From Firmicutes bacterium UBA5389 (lineage in GTDB: Bacteria; Bacillota; DTU025), in contig DHON01000065.1 in assembly GCA_002409965.1 (NCBI GenBank), positions 12,319 to 67,084 on the forward strand: a DNA stretch of 54,766 bases, in the 5' to 3' direction. The translations under genes and the position numbers were made by a program. Within the stretch, counting starts at the first letter, position 1. Every line of letters begins with the position of its first letter. Below are positions 28,835 to 38,047 of the stretch, piece after piece. The notes under the pieces are model-generated. The model was not told the origin of the DNA and did no database searches. It was given only the letters and a program-made list of their open reading frames with translations.

Positions 28835-29911
28835 TCAAGCTCTTCTTCTGGGGTTGGCAGAACACGTGGGAGTGCGTGCGCTTGGGGTCTGGGCATGGGC
28901 CACTTCCTCGGGTCTGCCGGATTTCAGGGACTGTTGTATCGCGTACGCCACTGCAACCGCTTCATATGCATCGTCCATGGCCACTAGCGGGCGCTCGCCC
29001 TGTCGAACGCACGCGATGAAGTGCAGGATCTCATCTCGCAATACCCCCACCGCGTGACCGCCAAGTTCAGTCCAGCGCATCGTGTCGGGAAGAGTGACCC
29101 CTTCACTGGACGCTATCAGTAGACCTTGATTGCACGTATCCACTATGGCAGCGCCTGATGTACCGACAACGCGAAGCTTTGAATCGAGAGTCGAGGGGAA
29201 GCTCTCGGGCAGGACCCAGCCAGCTTCCAGGGAGGCTACGAGGCCGCTCTTGAACTCGAGCGTAGCGAGAACCACGTCCAGAGCATTGATCTCTTTGAGG
29301 ATTCTTGATGCACCGATGGCGTTCACCCGGACTACCGTATCTCCGGAGCACCAGAGCATCAAATCGACATCGTGAATGGCCACATGGAACTCCAAAGATG
29401 CTTGGCCCCGGTATCTCATGGGTCCCGTGAGTGGGCTGCTGCGCATGGCAGACATGAAAACCAGGCTGCCCAACTCTCCTCTGTCGATCGCAGCATGGAG
29501 AGCGCTGTATCGGGGGTCAAACCTCAGCAGGTGACCCACCATCATCGTGGCGCTGCTCTCATGCGCGATCTTGACCAGTTCAGCTGCCTCCCGGATATCC
29601 GTAGAGAGGGGTTTCTCTATCAGAACATGTTTGCCGGCCATTGCGGCCTCGCGCGTTGCACTGAAGTGCTGGGAGTCAGGCAAGCATATGCTCACTGCGT
29701 CAATGTCGGCGCGGGTGAGGAGCCGGCGGTAGTCATCGTAGACATCGCACTGGTAGCGTGCGGCGGCGTCTGTCAGCGCATTGGCGCTGGAATCGGAGAC
29801 TGCCGCGATCCTGCAGAAGCCGCTCTCCGCGTATACCCGCGCATGCCTCCGCCCCATGAGACCATATCCGATTATTCCCACACCCATGGTGTCTGATCTG
29901 CTGCAAACCAT
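28835..29911 (-). CDS. Gfo/Idh/MocA NAD(P)-dependent oxidoreductase
   Basis: IIGYGLMG, GKHVLIEKP, GHLLRFDP, IHDVD. Confidence 0.92.
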   Translation of the reverse strand: MVCSRSDTMGVGIIGYGLMGRRHARVYAESGFCRIAAVSDSSANALTDAAARYQCDVYDDYRRLLTRADIDAVSICLPDSQHFSATREAAMAGKHVLIEKPLSTDIREAAELVKIAHESSATMMVGHLLRFDPRYSALHAAIDRGELGSLVFMSAMRSSPLTGPMRYRGQASLEFHVAIHDVDLMLWCSGDTVVRVNAIGASRILKEINALDVVLATLEFKSGLVASLEAGWVLPESFPSTLDSKLRVVGTSGAAIVDTCNQGLLIASSEGVTLPDTMRWTELGGHAVGVLRDEILHFIACVRQGERPLVAMDDAYEAVAVAYAIQQSLKSGRPEEVAHAQTPSARTPTCSANPRRRA

Positions 29912-29936
29912 GAAGCCGTACTCCCTTCGTAGGTAT

Positions 29937-31661
29937 TCATGAGCCATGCTCGATGCTGGCCAGGGCTTCGGCAAATCGTCTGGCGATCAATCTGGGCCGC
30001 GTGATTGCGGAGCCGACCACGACAGCCCACGCGCCTGCCTGTATGCACATCGCGGCCTCCTCCGGGCTGAGTATCCTGCCTTCGGCTATGACGGGAATGC
30101 TCACGGAGGAGGAGATTTCGCGTATGAGTTCCAGGCTCACCGATGATGAGTTCAGACTGTACGATGTGTATCCAGCGAGGGTGGTTGCGATGAAGGCTGC
30201 CCCCATCTTCTCAGCGGCGACTGCCTCGTCCGCCGTGGAAATGTCGGCTACAATTGGGATGTTGTAGTGGCTTAGGATATCCGTAATGAGCTCTGCTGTG
30301 CTGCGACCGTCAGGGCGAGGCCTCATTGTGGCATCAATAGCTACGAAGTCGGCTCCCGCTTCGATTATCTCGCGGGCTGCAGAGAATGTCGGCGTTATGT
30401 ATACTTCGTTCGCGTCGCGGTCGACCTTGTTGATCCCCAGTATGGGCTCGGAGAACGCCGCTCGCATCTGGCGAATGACGTCCGGCCCGTTTGCCCTGAC
30501 TGCTACGGCTCCGCCGGCAAGGGCTGACCTGGCCAAGCAGGTCAGAACGTAGGGATCATCAGTGCGGTCCGGCGGAGTGGCCTGGCTGGACACAATGAGT
30601 CTGCCCCTGATGTGTGCCTTGATGCTGTCGAGATCCCATGTTCTGCGGGTGTCTGCCCTCAGGGTCGGCACATTTGGCAGGCTGGCAGAAAGACGCTCCA
30701 GAAACTCATTGCTTGCGTTGAGGCCCAAATCCTCTCTGGCAAGGATGAGCGATCCGGCCACCGGCGGGAGCTTAGGCACGGCCAGCATGGCCCGGGGGGC
30801 CAGATTCGACAACTCCTTACGAAGGCTCTCTTTGACCATTCTGTTATGGGTGAGGATTCCGCCCACAGGATACACGTTCGCGGAAGTGTCGATCAAGTCA
30901 AGCCTGCGCAGCACTGCGTGAACGAGCAAGGCTAGATGTCGCCCGGCGTCTGCCAGTATCTCCAGGGCAACTGGATCGCCGTCAGCCGCGGCCACGGCCA
31001 CCAGTCTTGCTAGCGAGGCGATGAGCCTTGGTGAAGGGCGCTGGGAGTAGAGACGATGTTTGATGTCATACGGAGTATCGAGGTCCAGTTCTTCCGCTAG
31101 TAACTCGGTGAGCGACGTCGCTGGTCCGATTTGGTCTTCGGCCTGGGTCATGGCTCTTATGGCTGATAGGCCAATGTGAAAGCCTGAACCCTCGTCGCCG
31201 ATCAGGTAACCCCATCCGCCTGCCCTGGCAAAATGGCCAAGCGCATTTCGCCCCAGCACAATCGATCCTGTTCCGGACAGCGCTGCTATCCCGGGTTCAG
31301 CTTGTGCGGCTCCGTACAGTGCTGCCAGGATGTCGGAGTCAACGGCGACACACGCATTTGGGAAGGCCTGGGCGACGATGCGTCTCCACAGATCCGCGGG
31401 TTTCGAGTGCCGGTTCGGTACGCCAGTCATTGATATCCACACCGAGGCGACAAGATCGGGGGCGATGTTCGCAAGACCCAGCGCCAACTGCACAGTGTCG
31501 ATCAGTCTGGCCTCACGATCCAACTGGTTTCCGATTTCGACGCTCGAATGGGCTTCTGTGTATGCAAGGCACCTGCCGTCTACGTTGGATATGAGGCAGC
31601 GAAGTGACGTCTGTCCGCCATCTACGCCAATCATCACGCGATCCTTGCGATTTGAGGTCAT
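29937..31661 (-). CDS. Fusion of BadF-type N-acetylhexosamine/MurNAc kinase and N-acetylmannosamine-6-phosphate 2-epimerase (NanE)
   Basis: N-half GVDGGQTS, SGTGS, GGWGYLIGDEGSG; C-half LIVSSQA, AVRANG, PILGINK, YITPT, TTLAGYT, IAEGRI, VVVGSAITRP. Confidence 0.92.
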   Translation of the reverse strand: MTSNRKDRVMIGVDGGQTSLRCLISNVDGRCLAYTEAHSSVEIGNQLDREARLIDTVQLALGLANIAPDLVASVWISMTGVPNRHSKPADLWRRIVAQAFPNACVAVDSDILAALYGAAQAEPGIAALSGTGSIVLGRNALGHFARAGGWGYLIGDEGSGFHIGLSAIRAMTQAEDQIGPATSLTELLAEELDLDTPYDIKHRLYSQRPSPRLIASLARLVAVAAADGDPVALEILADAGRHLALLVHAVLRRLDLIDTSANVYPVGGILTHNRMVKESLRKELSNLAPRAMLAVPKLPPVAGSLILAREDLGLNASNEFLERLSASLPNVPTLRADTRRTWDLDSIKAHIRGRLIVSSQATPPDRTDDPYVLTCLARSALAGGAVAVRANGPDVIRQMRAAFSEPILGINKVDRDANEVYITPTFSAAREIIEAGADFVAIDATMRPRPDGRSTAELITDILSHYNIPIVADISTADEAVAAEKMGAAFIATTLAGYTSYSLNSSSVSLELIREISSSVSIPVIAEGRILSPEEAAMCIQAGAWAVVVGSAITRPRLIARRFAEALASIEHGS

Positions 31662-31721
31662 TGCCGATAGCTCCTCCCAGAGGAATTAGCTCATGTGCAA
31701 CCTGTAGGGAAGCAGATCATG

Positions 31722-32585
31722 CTAAGATTCCAGCTGCGCAATAGATGCTCTCGCATTTTCCAATGCACGCTCACAATCGGCCCTGTGCTTCCAAAGGATG
31801 AGGCTGTAGATGGCGTCCACCACTGCAAGCTGAGCAATCCGCGACGACATTGAACTGGTGCGGAAAATCGTCTGCTCAGACGCGGTCAACAGCACATGGT
31901 CCGAGAGAGTAGTAATCTGAGATCCCGCGTATTTTGTGATGCAGGCGGTCTTGGCTCCGGCTGTCCGGGCCATTCTCTGCGTCTGCACAATGATATCTGT
32001 GTCTCCCGAGTGTGTAATGGCAACCGCAAGGTCCGTCTCAGTGAGAGTGCCTGCAATTGCCGCCTGGAGATGAGGGTCAAGGTAGCAGAACGCGTTGAGT
32101 CCAATTCGGGAGAACTTGTACGCGGCGTCCATGGCTACCAAGCCCGATATCCCGACTCCGAGGAAGAGTGTGCGCGGACTTGTCCACATTGCATCGGCCA
32201 CTGCCTCAACTTCCTGCACATTGAGGATAGTGCGAGTGTCCTTCAGGGCCCGCACGGAATCATCGAAGGCTTGGTCCAAAAGGTCAGCAGGTGAGGCTAT
32301 GCGACCGCTTTCGCGCTCACGCATTGGCGTACCCGAGGCTGGGTCTCTCGCAATGGCGATTTTCAAGGCCCAGAATCCCTGAAACCCTGCAGCTTGGCTA
32401 AAGCGAATCACAGCCGCATCGCTCGCGTTCGCCCGGCGGGCTAACTCAGTCACAGGGAGATTTACGATTTCGTCTGGATGAGCCAGTACGTAATCGGCTA
32501 CCTTCCTTTCAGATGGGCGGAGTAGGTCATACTTACTTCTGATACAAAGCAGAGCCCCAGGACGCCCCACATCGGAATTACCCAG
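31722..32585 (-). CDS. RpiR/MurR-family transcriptional regulator
   Basis: LRPSERKVADYVL, ASDAAVIRF, GFQGF, SIS domain THSGDT, SSRIAQLAVVD; GGAGGTG RBS points to CTG 32585 (alternative GTG 32570). Confidence 0.93.
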   Translation of the reverse strand: MGNSDVGRPGALLCIRSKYDLLRPSERKVADYVLAHPDEIVNLPVTELARRANASDAAVIRFSQAAGFQGFWALKIAIARDPASGTPMRERESGRIASPADLLDQAFDDSVRALKDTRTILNVQEVEAVADAMWTSPRTLFLGVGISGLVAMDAAYKFSRIGLNAFCYLDPHLQAAIAGTLTETDLAVAITHSGDTDIIVQTQRMARTAGAKTACITKYAGSQITTLSDHVLLTASEQTIFRTSSMSSRIAQLAVVDAIYSLILWKHRADCERALENARASIAQLES

Positions 32586-32670
32586 GCTGATCACCTCCAC
32601 ACGATAGTCGTCAGTCCTTGTTCTACAGTGCGGGTGTTCTGACTGGGCTGACGGAATCCCTTTCAGTCCT

Positions 32671-32729
32671 ATTCGACGCGCGTTGAAGGATTCCTCCATA
32701 TTGCCTACAGGCGCAGAAACTAAATTTCA
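32671..32729 (-). promoter_or_regulatory. RpiR-type box plus SigH-like promoter of the rpiR-nanE-murQ operon
   Basis: Minus strand TGAAA-N5-TTTCT, 17 bp, GGAGGA-N14-GTCGAAT. Confidence 0.65.
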
Positions 32730-33288
32730 GCAGAGCTGAGCCGTCACCAGCCAGAGAAGTGAGCACATCTCAAAAACAAACGTCAGAAACTGCACATACC
32801 GTTTTATCCCATTCATGCATACTCCACTGTGCACACATACTCCAGTTGCTGCATAGGAAGGCACGGAAGGCGCGTGCCTGGCGAAGACGCAGCGTCTTCA
32901 GGCGTTCCCTGGCAACTTCGGCGAATCGACTCCGGCCTGCAGGGTCACGGGTCGCCCAGAACCATTTGGCAGACAGCTTGGCATGCGCAACTGGGTGTCG
33001 CAAGGCAACAGGTGCCGAGACGTTTTCCAATGGCGCAGAAATGTCATGTGTCGGAAGCAGCAACTGCCGGACAGTGTGCGGAGTAGGCAGGGCCGGCCCC
33101 ACGCGCTCAAGGGATAACCGGAAGAGGCGGAGAATTCCCTCAGCCAGAAGGGTGTTGGGCTTCAGCCCTGTTCCGTCTGCGGGCGTGCACTTGCCCGCCG
33201 GCTGGGGTGCCCGATTAGGGGCCAATGAGTAACGATGGCAGCGCAATCGTCTGGGAAATCGCACATTCACACAAAATCTTTTTGGGCG

Positions 33289-33340
33289 GCAGGATATCAT
33301 CATCATAGAGCGAAATGGTATTACGTAATACCTTTCGCTC
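33289..33340 (+). promoter_or_regulatory. SigH-like promoter overlapped by palindrome copy 2 (probable GntR operator)
   Basis: GCAGGA-N14-AGCGAA; GAGCGAAA-t-GGTATTACGTAATACC-TTTCGCTC. Confidence 0.65.
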
Positions 33341-33362
33341 GGAAGTGAAAGGGTGGTCTACC

Positions 33363-33398
33363 GTGAAGACTGTGAAGACTGTGAAGACTGTGAAGACT
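33363..33398 (+). repeat. Perfect 9-bp tandem repeat x4 at the GntR start
   Basis: (GTGAAGACT)4, encoding (VKT)4. Confidence 0.95.
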
Positions 33399-34121
33399 CT
33401 GGAGCCAATCGGAAATGGGCAGTCGGTCCCATCGCGCGCGTACGAGCGAATAATGGAGTACATCGCCGCGGGCGATCTTGCAGGCGGGAAACTCCCCCCG
33501 GAAACAGCCCTGGCCCAGCAGCTCGGGGTGAGCCGGACTGCTCTTCGCGAGGCGCTTCAGCGCATGGAATCCGAAGGATACATTGTGAGGCGGCGCAGGG
33601 TGGGCACTGTTGTGCTCGCCAACCGGCTCAAGCTGGACGCTGGACTAGAGAGGCTCAACTCAGTCACTCAGATCGTGCAGGGCGCCGGTATGACGCCGGG
33701 AACGGCTTTCCGGGATTGGCGGCGCGACAGCGCGAACAGGCTGATAGCCCAGAGACTCGGCATCTCCATTGGAGATCCGGTTTCCGTGATGGAGCGCGTG
33801 CGTACTGCCGATGGTACTCCCTTCTGCTATGATATTAACTTCATACCCACCAAGTACATCACTGAAGAGGATGAGGATAGCATCGGCGAGTCGATGTTGC
33901 GCTACTTGTCGGACAGGCACGGCCAGATACGCCAGGCCTTGGCCTACCTATATCCATATACAGCTGATGCCATAGTCAGCGAGAGACTCGGAGTGCCTGT
34001 GGGGCATCTGTTGATGCTCCTTGAGCATACCCACTACGCTCCTGACGGGAATCCCATGTGGTACTCCAGGACGTTCCACCGGAGCGATGTGATCAGTTTT
34101 CACATCATCAGATCGCTTTAG
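33363..34121 (+). CDS. GntR/HutC-family regulator with UTRA domain
   Basis: KLPPETALAQQLGVSRTALREAL, GTVV, ERVRTADGTPFCY, YSRTFHRSD. Confidence 0.93.
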   Translation: MKTVKTVKTVKTLEPIGNGQSVPSRAYERIMEYIAAGDLAGGKLPPETALAQQLGVSRTALREALQRMESEGYIVRRRRVGTVVLANRLKLDAGLERLNSVTQIVQGAGMTPGTAFRDWRRDSANRLIAQRLGISIGDPVSVMERVRTADGTPFCYDINFIPTKYITEEDEDSIGESMLRYLSDRHGQIRQALAYLYPYTADAIVSERLGVPVGHLLMLLEHTHYAPDGNPMWYSRTFHRSDVISFHIIRSL

Positions 34122-34238
34122 GCGGATTGTGGGCGCATAACACGTTCGGGCAAAGCCGCAAAGGAGTGAGCAGCCAAGGTAGAAAACGCCGGAGACACGT
34201 ATGCCGATATGCAATGCACCAGAGTATTGTGGAAGGGG

Positions 34239-35444
34239 ATGGCAACCAAGATGGCGATTAGGGAAGGACGCGCTCTCTGGGTGGAATCGCAGCAGGATGG
34301 GATTCTGAGCGGGCATTATGGACCCGAAGATGTGAAGAAGATCGTTGATAATGCCAAGAGCCTTGGAGCCAACATGCTCCTCTGGCTTGTCAAGGCGCGC
34401 ATGGCCGACACAGCGCCGGCGCTTTGGTATCCGAGCGAAATTGGTCTGAGCCACGAGGCCTGCTATGAGTATGACAGCTTCGGAGACGTAGTCAGGATGG
34501 CGCACGAGGCCGGCATTGAGGTTCACGCCTACTTCTCCGTGTTTACCGAGGGCGACATAAAGGCGGAAGCCGTGAAGGGCAAGCAGCCCCCGCTGGCGGA
34601 GCATCCTGAATGGGCCGTCGTGGACAGATTGGGCAAGCGCAGCGAATTTGTGTGCGCAAGCCATGTAGGGTACCGGCAGTACCTCGGTTCGCTGGTGAAA
34701 GAGGTTCTTGAGAAGTACCCGGTGGACGGGATCAACCTCGACTTCATCCGCTATCCTCGTTCCGCGTGTTTCTGCGGCAACTGCCAGAAGAACATCAAAG
34801 AGCGCTACGGACTCAACCTCGATCAGGTAGTGGATCTCTTGGCGGGCAAAGGTTTCGACTCCCTCAACTACGAGGATCTTGGGGCGGCCCTCGACAGGAT
34901 CGGCGCAGTGATCAACTACTACAACCAGAACGTGCATGACACTGTGGAGCACATTCATAGCATCGTCAAGGGCCATTCGCCCAAGACCAAGCTGTCGGCG
35001 GCGGTGTTCCCCAATCCGAGGACGTCTCCGAGCCAGGTATACTGCGACTGGATAGGGTTCTCGAAGTTCCTGGACTTCGTGTGCCCCATGGTCTACTGGT
35101 ACTCGCCTGAGTACTACAGGCAAACAGTGGGCAGACTCCAAAGCGCCATGCGCGAAGGAACCAAGCTGTACCCAGGTATATCCGCGCTTGGCGTGCCGCA
35201 TCCGCTGGCGGGCAAGAACTGCAACTTCCTGCCGGGAGCTCCGGACATGAAGTATGTGGCCGAACTCGTCGACATAGCCCGCGAGGCGGGCGCCCCAGGA
35301 GTGGCCATATTCCAATACGGAACGATTTTCGGCCTGCAGCCGGGTGCCTATACCGGAGTGAAATGGGGAACTCCAGTGGCCGGCGATGTCAGGCTGCTTC
35401 GTGATAGGTTCGCCGAACCGGCCATACCGGCGCACGCCGACTAA
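34239..35444 (+). CDS. GHL10/DUF187-like glycoside hydrolase, cytoplasmic
   Basis: AHEAGIEVHAY, HPEW, KYPVDGINLDFIRYP, CFCGNC, LSAAVFP, DFVCPMVY; start uncertain (34209/34239/34251). Confidence 0.82.
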   Translation: MATKMAIREGRALWVESQQDGILSGHYGPEDVKKIVDNAKSLGANMLLWLVKARMADTAPALWYPSEIGLSHEACYEYDSFGDVVRMAHEAGIEVHAYFSVFTEGDIKAEAVKGKQPPLAEHPEWAVVDRLGKRSEFVCASHVGYRQYLGSLVKEVLEKYPVDGINLDFIRYPRSACFCGNCQKNIKERYGLNLDQVVDLLAGKGFDSLNYEDLGAALDRIGAVINYYNQNVHDTVEHIHSIVKGHSPKTKLSAAVFPNPRTSPSQVYCDWIGFSKFLDFVCPMVYWYSPEYYRQTVGRLQSAMREGTKLYPGISALGVPHPLAGKNCNFLPGAPDMKYVAELVDIAREAGAPGVAIFQYGTIFGLQPGAYTGVKWGTPVAGDVRLLRDRFAEPAIPAHAD

Positions 35445-35466
35445 GCGAAACTATCTAGCTTGGAGG

Positions 35467-36969
35467 ATGGAAGACGTGTTTCTAGTCGGGGTAGACATCG
35501 GCACATCGTCGACTAAAGGTGTTCTAGTCGACGAGTCGGGGCAGATAATCGCATCACACACTGTGCCTCACGGGGTCGTCAGGCCAAACCCCGCGTGGGC
35601 GGAGCAAGACGCTGATCAAGTATGGTGGGGAGACTTTGTCGAAATCGCGCGTTCTCTCATGTCGCAGGCGCCGGCGGGGTCGAAAGTAGCAAGCATTGGA
35701 GTAAGCGGCACATGCCCTACATTGGTGCCAGTAGGTCATGACGGAAAGCCGCTTCGTCGAGGCATTCTATACAGCATCGACCGTCGTGCACTTGCAGAAA
35801 TAGACGAGATCGTGTCCGGCGTCGGCGAACATGAGATCTTGGCGCAAAGCGGCAATGCTCTTTCCACACAGTGCGTCGCTCCTAAGCTGCTGTGGCTGAA
35901 ACGGCACGAACCCGAGGTGTATGGCAATACGCAATGGGTCCTCGGTACGACGGGTTACGTCGTATGGCGTCTCACCGGGGAAGCGTGCTGGGACCATTTC
36001 TGCGCTGGCGATGGCGGCTATGGATACCACATTAGCGACTGCAGATGGGATATCGATGCCCTTGGCAAAATGGGCATCGATCCCTCCATCCTCCCTCCTC
36101 TCAGGTGGTCGACTGAAGTTGTGGGCGCCGTAAACGGCGATGCGGCCCGCGAGACGGGCCTGCCGGAAGGCACGCCGGTCATTGCAGGTACGGGCGACGC
36201 CGCGGCCGAGATGGTGGGCACGGGCGTTATCGACGAGGGATCTCTTGCCCTGCTCTACGGCTCCACTCTGGCTACTATGTCTCCCGTGTCGAGAATGTGG
36301 ATTCACCCTGGTTTCATCCTCACTCCGGGCCTTGTGCCAGGGAGTTACCTGGTAAGCAGCGTGCTTGGGACGGGGTGCGCTTTGATCGAGTGGATCCGAG
36401 GAGTGCTGGCGTGGGACGGATCCATGCCCGACCACGCCGCTTTGGAAGACGAGGCGGTCCGCGTGCCCGCGGGCAGCGATGGATTGGTGTTCATGCCGTA
36501 CCTCACCGGTCAGAGAAGCCCCGAAGTTCGCCCGGAAATGTCCGGGGCCCTGCTGGGACTGGGCCCGGGCCACTCGCGCGGCCACGTGTACCGCGCAGCC
36601 CTCGAGGGAGTGGCATTCGCGCTTCGTTCGTCTCTGGCCGAGCTATCCCGGGAAGGACTTCTGGGCGAATACGAGATAAGGGCGGCAGGCGGCGGAAGCC
36701 AGAGCGAGCTCTGGACACAGATCGTCACAGATGTGTGTCGGCATGACCAGATGCGCACTTCGGGCTCGGTGAGAGCCCCCATTGGCTCGGCGTTTCTGGC
36801 GGGGCGGGCTGTGGGCATTGTCGACGCCCGTGACCTCCGGGAGAGATGGGTCGGTTTCCGGGGCGCCGTGAACGTGCGCGAAGCCTGCGCAGACGCCTAC
36901 GATCATCACTACGGCCGGTTCATGGATTACGTGAGCCTGCTTGCGGGGAATGCGAAGACGCCAAGGTAG
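35467..36969 (+). CDS. FGGY-family carbohydrate kinase
   Basis: VGVDIGTSSTK, WAEQD, PKLLWLKRHEPE, GTGDAAA, PYLTGQRSP, RAALEGVAF, GGGSQS. Confidence 0.93.
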   Translation: MEDVFLVGVDIGTSSTKGVLVDESGQIIASHTVPHGVVRPNPAWAEQDADQVWWGDFVEIARSLMSQAPAGSKVASIGVSGTCPTLVPVGHDGKPLRRGILYSIDRRALAEIDEIVSGVGEHEILAQSGNALSTQCVAPKLLWLKRHEPEVYGNTQWVLGTTGYVVWRLTGEACWDHFCAGDGGYGYHISDCRWDIDALGKMGIDPSILPPLRWSTEVVGAVNGDAARETGLPEGTPVIAGTGDAAAEMVGTGVIDEGSLALLYGSTLATMSPVSRMWIHPGFILTPGLVPGSYLVSSVLGTGCALIEWIRGVLAWDGSMPDHAALEDEAVRVPAGSDGLVFMPYLTGQRSPEVRPEMSGALLGLGPGHSRGHVYRAALEGVAFALRSSLAELSREGLLGEYEIRAAGGGSQSELWTQIVTDVCRHDQMRTSGSVRAPIGSAFLAGRAVGIVDARDLRERWVGFRGAVNVREACADAYDHHYGRFMDYVSLLAGNAKTPR

Positions 36970-37012
36970 TAGGTGAAGCAATAACAGATGCTGCTAGGAG
37001 GGTTTTCTGGAC

Positions 37013-38002
37013 GTGAGTACGCCGTCAACGATGAAGGAAGTAAAGCTGTTCGGAATCGGGGATCTTCGGATAGTCGAGTCGCCCGTTCCAACCATAGAAC
37101 CTGATGAGATTCTGGTGCGAGTGCGCGCCTGCGGGATATGCCCGACAGAGATGCGGAAGTTTTCCGTGCCAAACTACAAGCCGATTCCTTTCCCTGTGAA
37201 TCCGGGGCATGAATGGACAGGCGATGTGGTGGCGGTGGGGTCGAAGGTCAAGGGGTTTGAAGTTGGCTGGCGGGTAGTTGCTGAGGGAGAAGGCGGATAC
37301 GCCGAGTATGCCAAGATCACTCGTTCAAACCTGCAGTATTCCTACCGTCTGCCCGATAATGTCAGCTACGAAGAGGGCACGTTCGTAGAACCCCTATCTG
37401 ACTGCATACATGCCGTCAGGGAGCGCGCGAAGGTCATCGCAGGCGACCGAGTCGTGGTTGTGGGCGCGGGCCCGATGGGGCTCGGAATCGTGGCGGCCGC
37501 GGCTCGATCAGGCGGAAGCGTCATGGCTGTAGAGCCGATCCCCGAAAGACGCGCCTTGGCCCTTGAATTCGGCGCTGAAGTGGTAATCGATCCGAATGCG
37601 GTATCAGTGGAAGAGGCCGTTCTGGAATGGACCAGCGGTCGGAGAGCCAACGTATGCATGGCGACTGTGGGGATCAGCAAGGTCATGGAATCATGCATGA
37701 AGCTTGTCGGCGAACGCGGCCGCGTGGTGCTGTTTGGCGGCGGCGGGGCGGGGCAGTCCATAACCATAGATCCCAACTGGATCCACTACAACGAGATATC
37801 GATAATCGGAAGCGAGTGGATCGGAGTCGGCGGCAAGGAAGAGAAGGACCTTTATCGCATATCCACAGAGTGGATAGCAGGCGGCAAGGTGCCTGTCGGG
37901 CGCCTGATCTCGCACCGTTTTCCGCTCACCAAGATACATGATGCTTACGACACGATCAAGGCCGGCGGCACTCTGAAGGTTATTCTGCTGACCGACAGGT
38001 AG
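37013..38002 (+). CDS. Zinc-type medium-chain (polyol/sugar) dehydrogenase
   Basis: ACGICPTE, PGHE, VEPLS, VGAGPMG, ISHRFPL; structural-zinc Cys lobe absent. Confidence 0.9.
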   Translation: MSTPSTMKEVKLFGIGDLRIVESPVPTIEPDEILVRVRACGICPTEMRKFSVPNYKPIPFPVNPGHEWTGDVVAVGSKVKGFEVGWRVVAEGEGGYAEYAKITRSNLQYSYRLPDNVSYEEGTFVEPLSDCIHAVRERAKVIAGDRVVVVGAGPMGLGIVAAAARSGGSVMAVEPIPERRALALEFGAEVVIDPNAVSVEEAVLEWTSGRRANVCMATVGISKVMESCMKLVGERGRVVLFGGGGAGQSITIDPNWIHYNEISIIGSEWIGVGGKEEKDLYRISTEWIAGGKVPVGRLISHRFPLTKIHDAYDTIKAGGTLKVILLTDR

Positions 38003-38047
38003 ACGCTGTACGCTGTAGATGTACATGGAGAGAGGGGGCGCCGGCGG

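Noticed and set aside
32760-33280. ORFs and hairpins in the RpiR-GntR intergenic region (GAAGACGC/GCGTCTTC; CATACTCCA x2)
   Set aside because: The ORFs have no motifs or RBS, and the elements are too short to assign.
33363-33398. CRISPR-like repeat
   Set aside because: 9-bp units with no spacers and no cas genes.
34140-34200. GGGCAAAGCCGCAAAGG resembling a c-di-GMP-I riboswitch start
   Set aside because: The second hairpin and other conserved elements are not recognisable; a covariance-model search would be needed.
33948-35435. Long antisense ORFs (also 9103-10359 and 44014-45264)
   Set aside because: Shadow frames of well-supported genes in GC-rich DNA, with no recognisable motifs.
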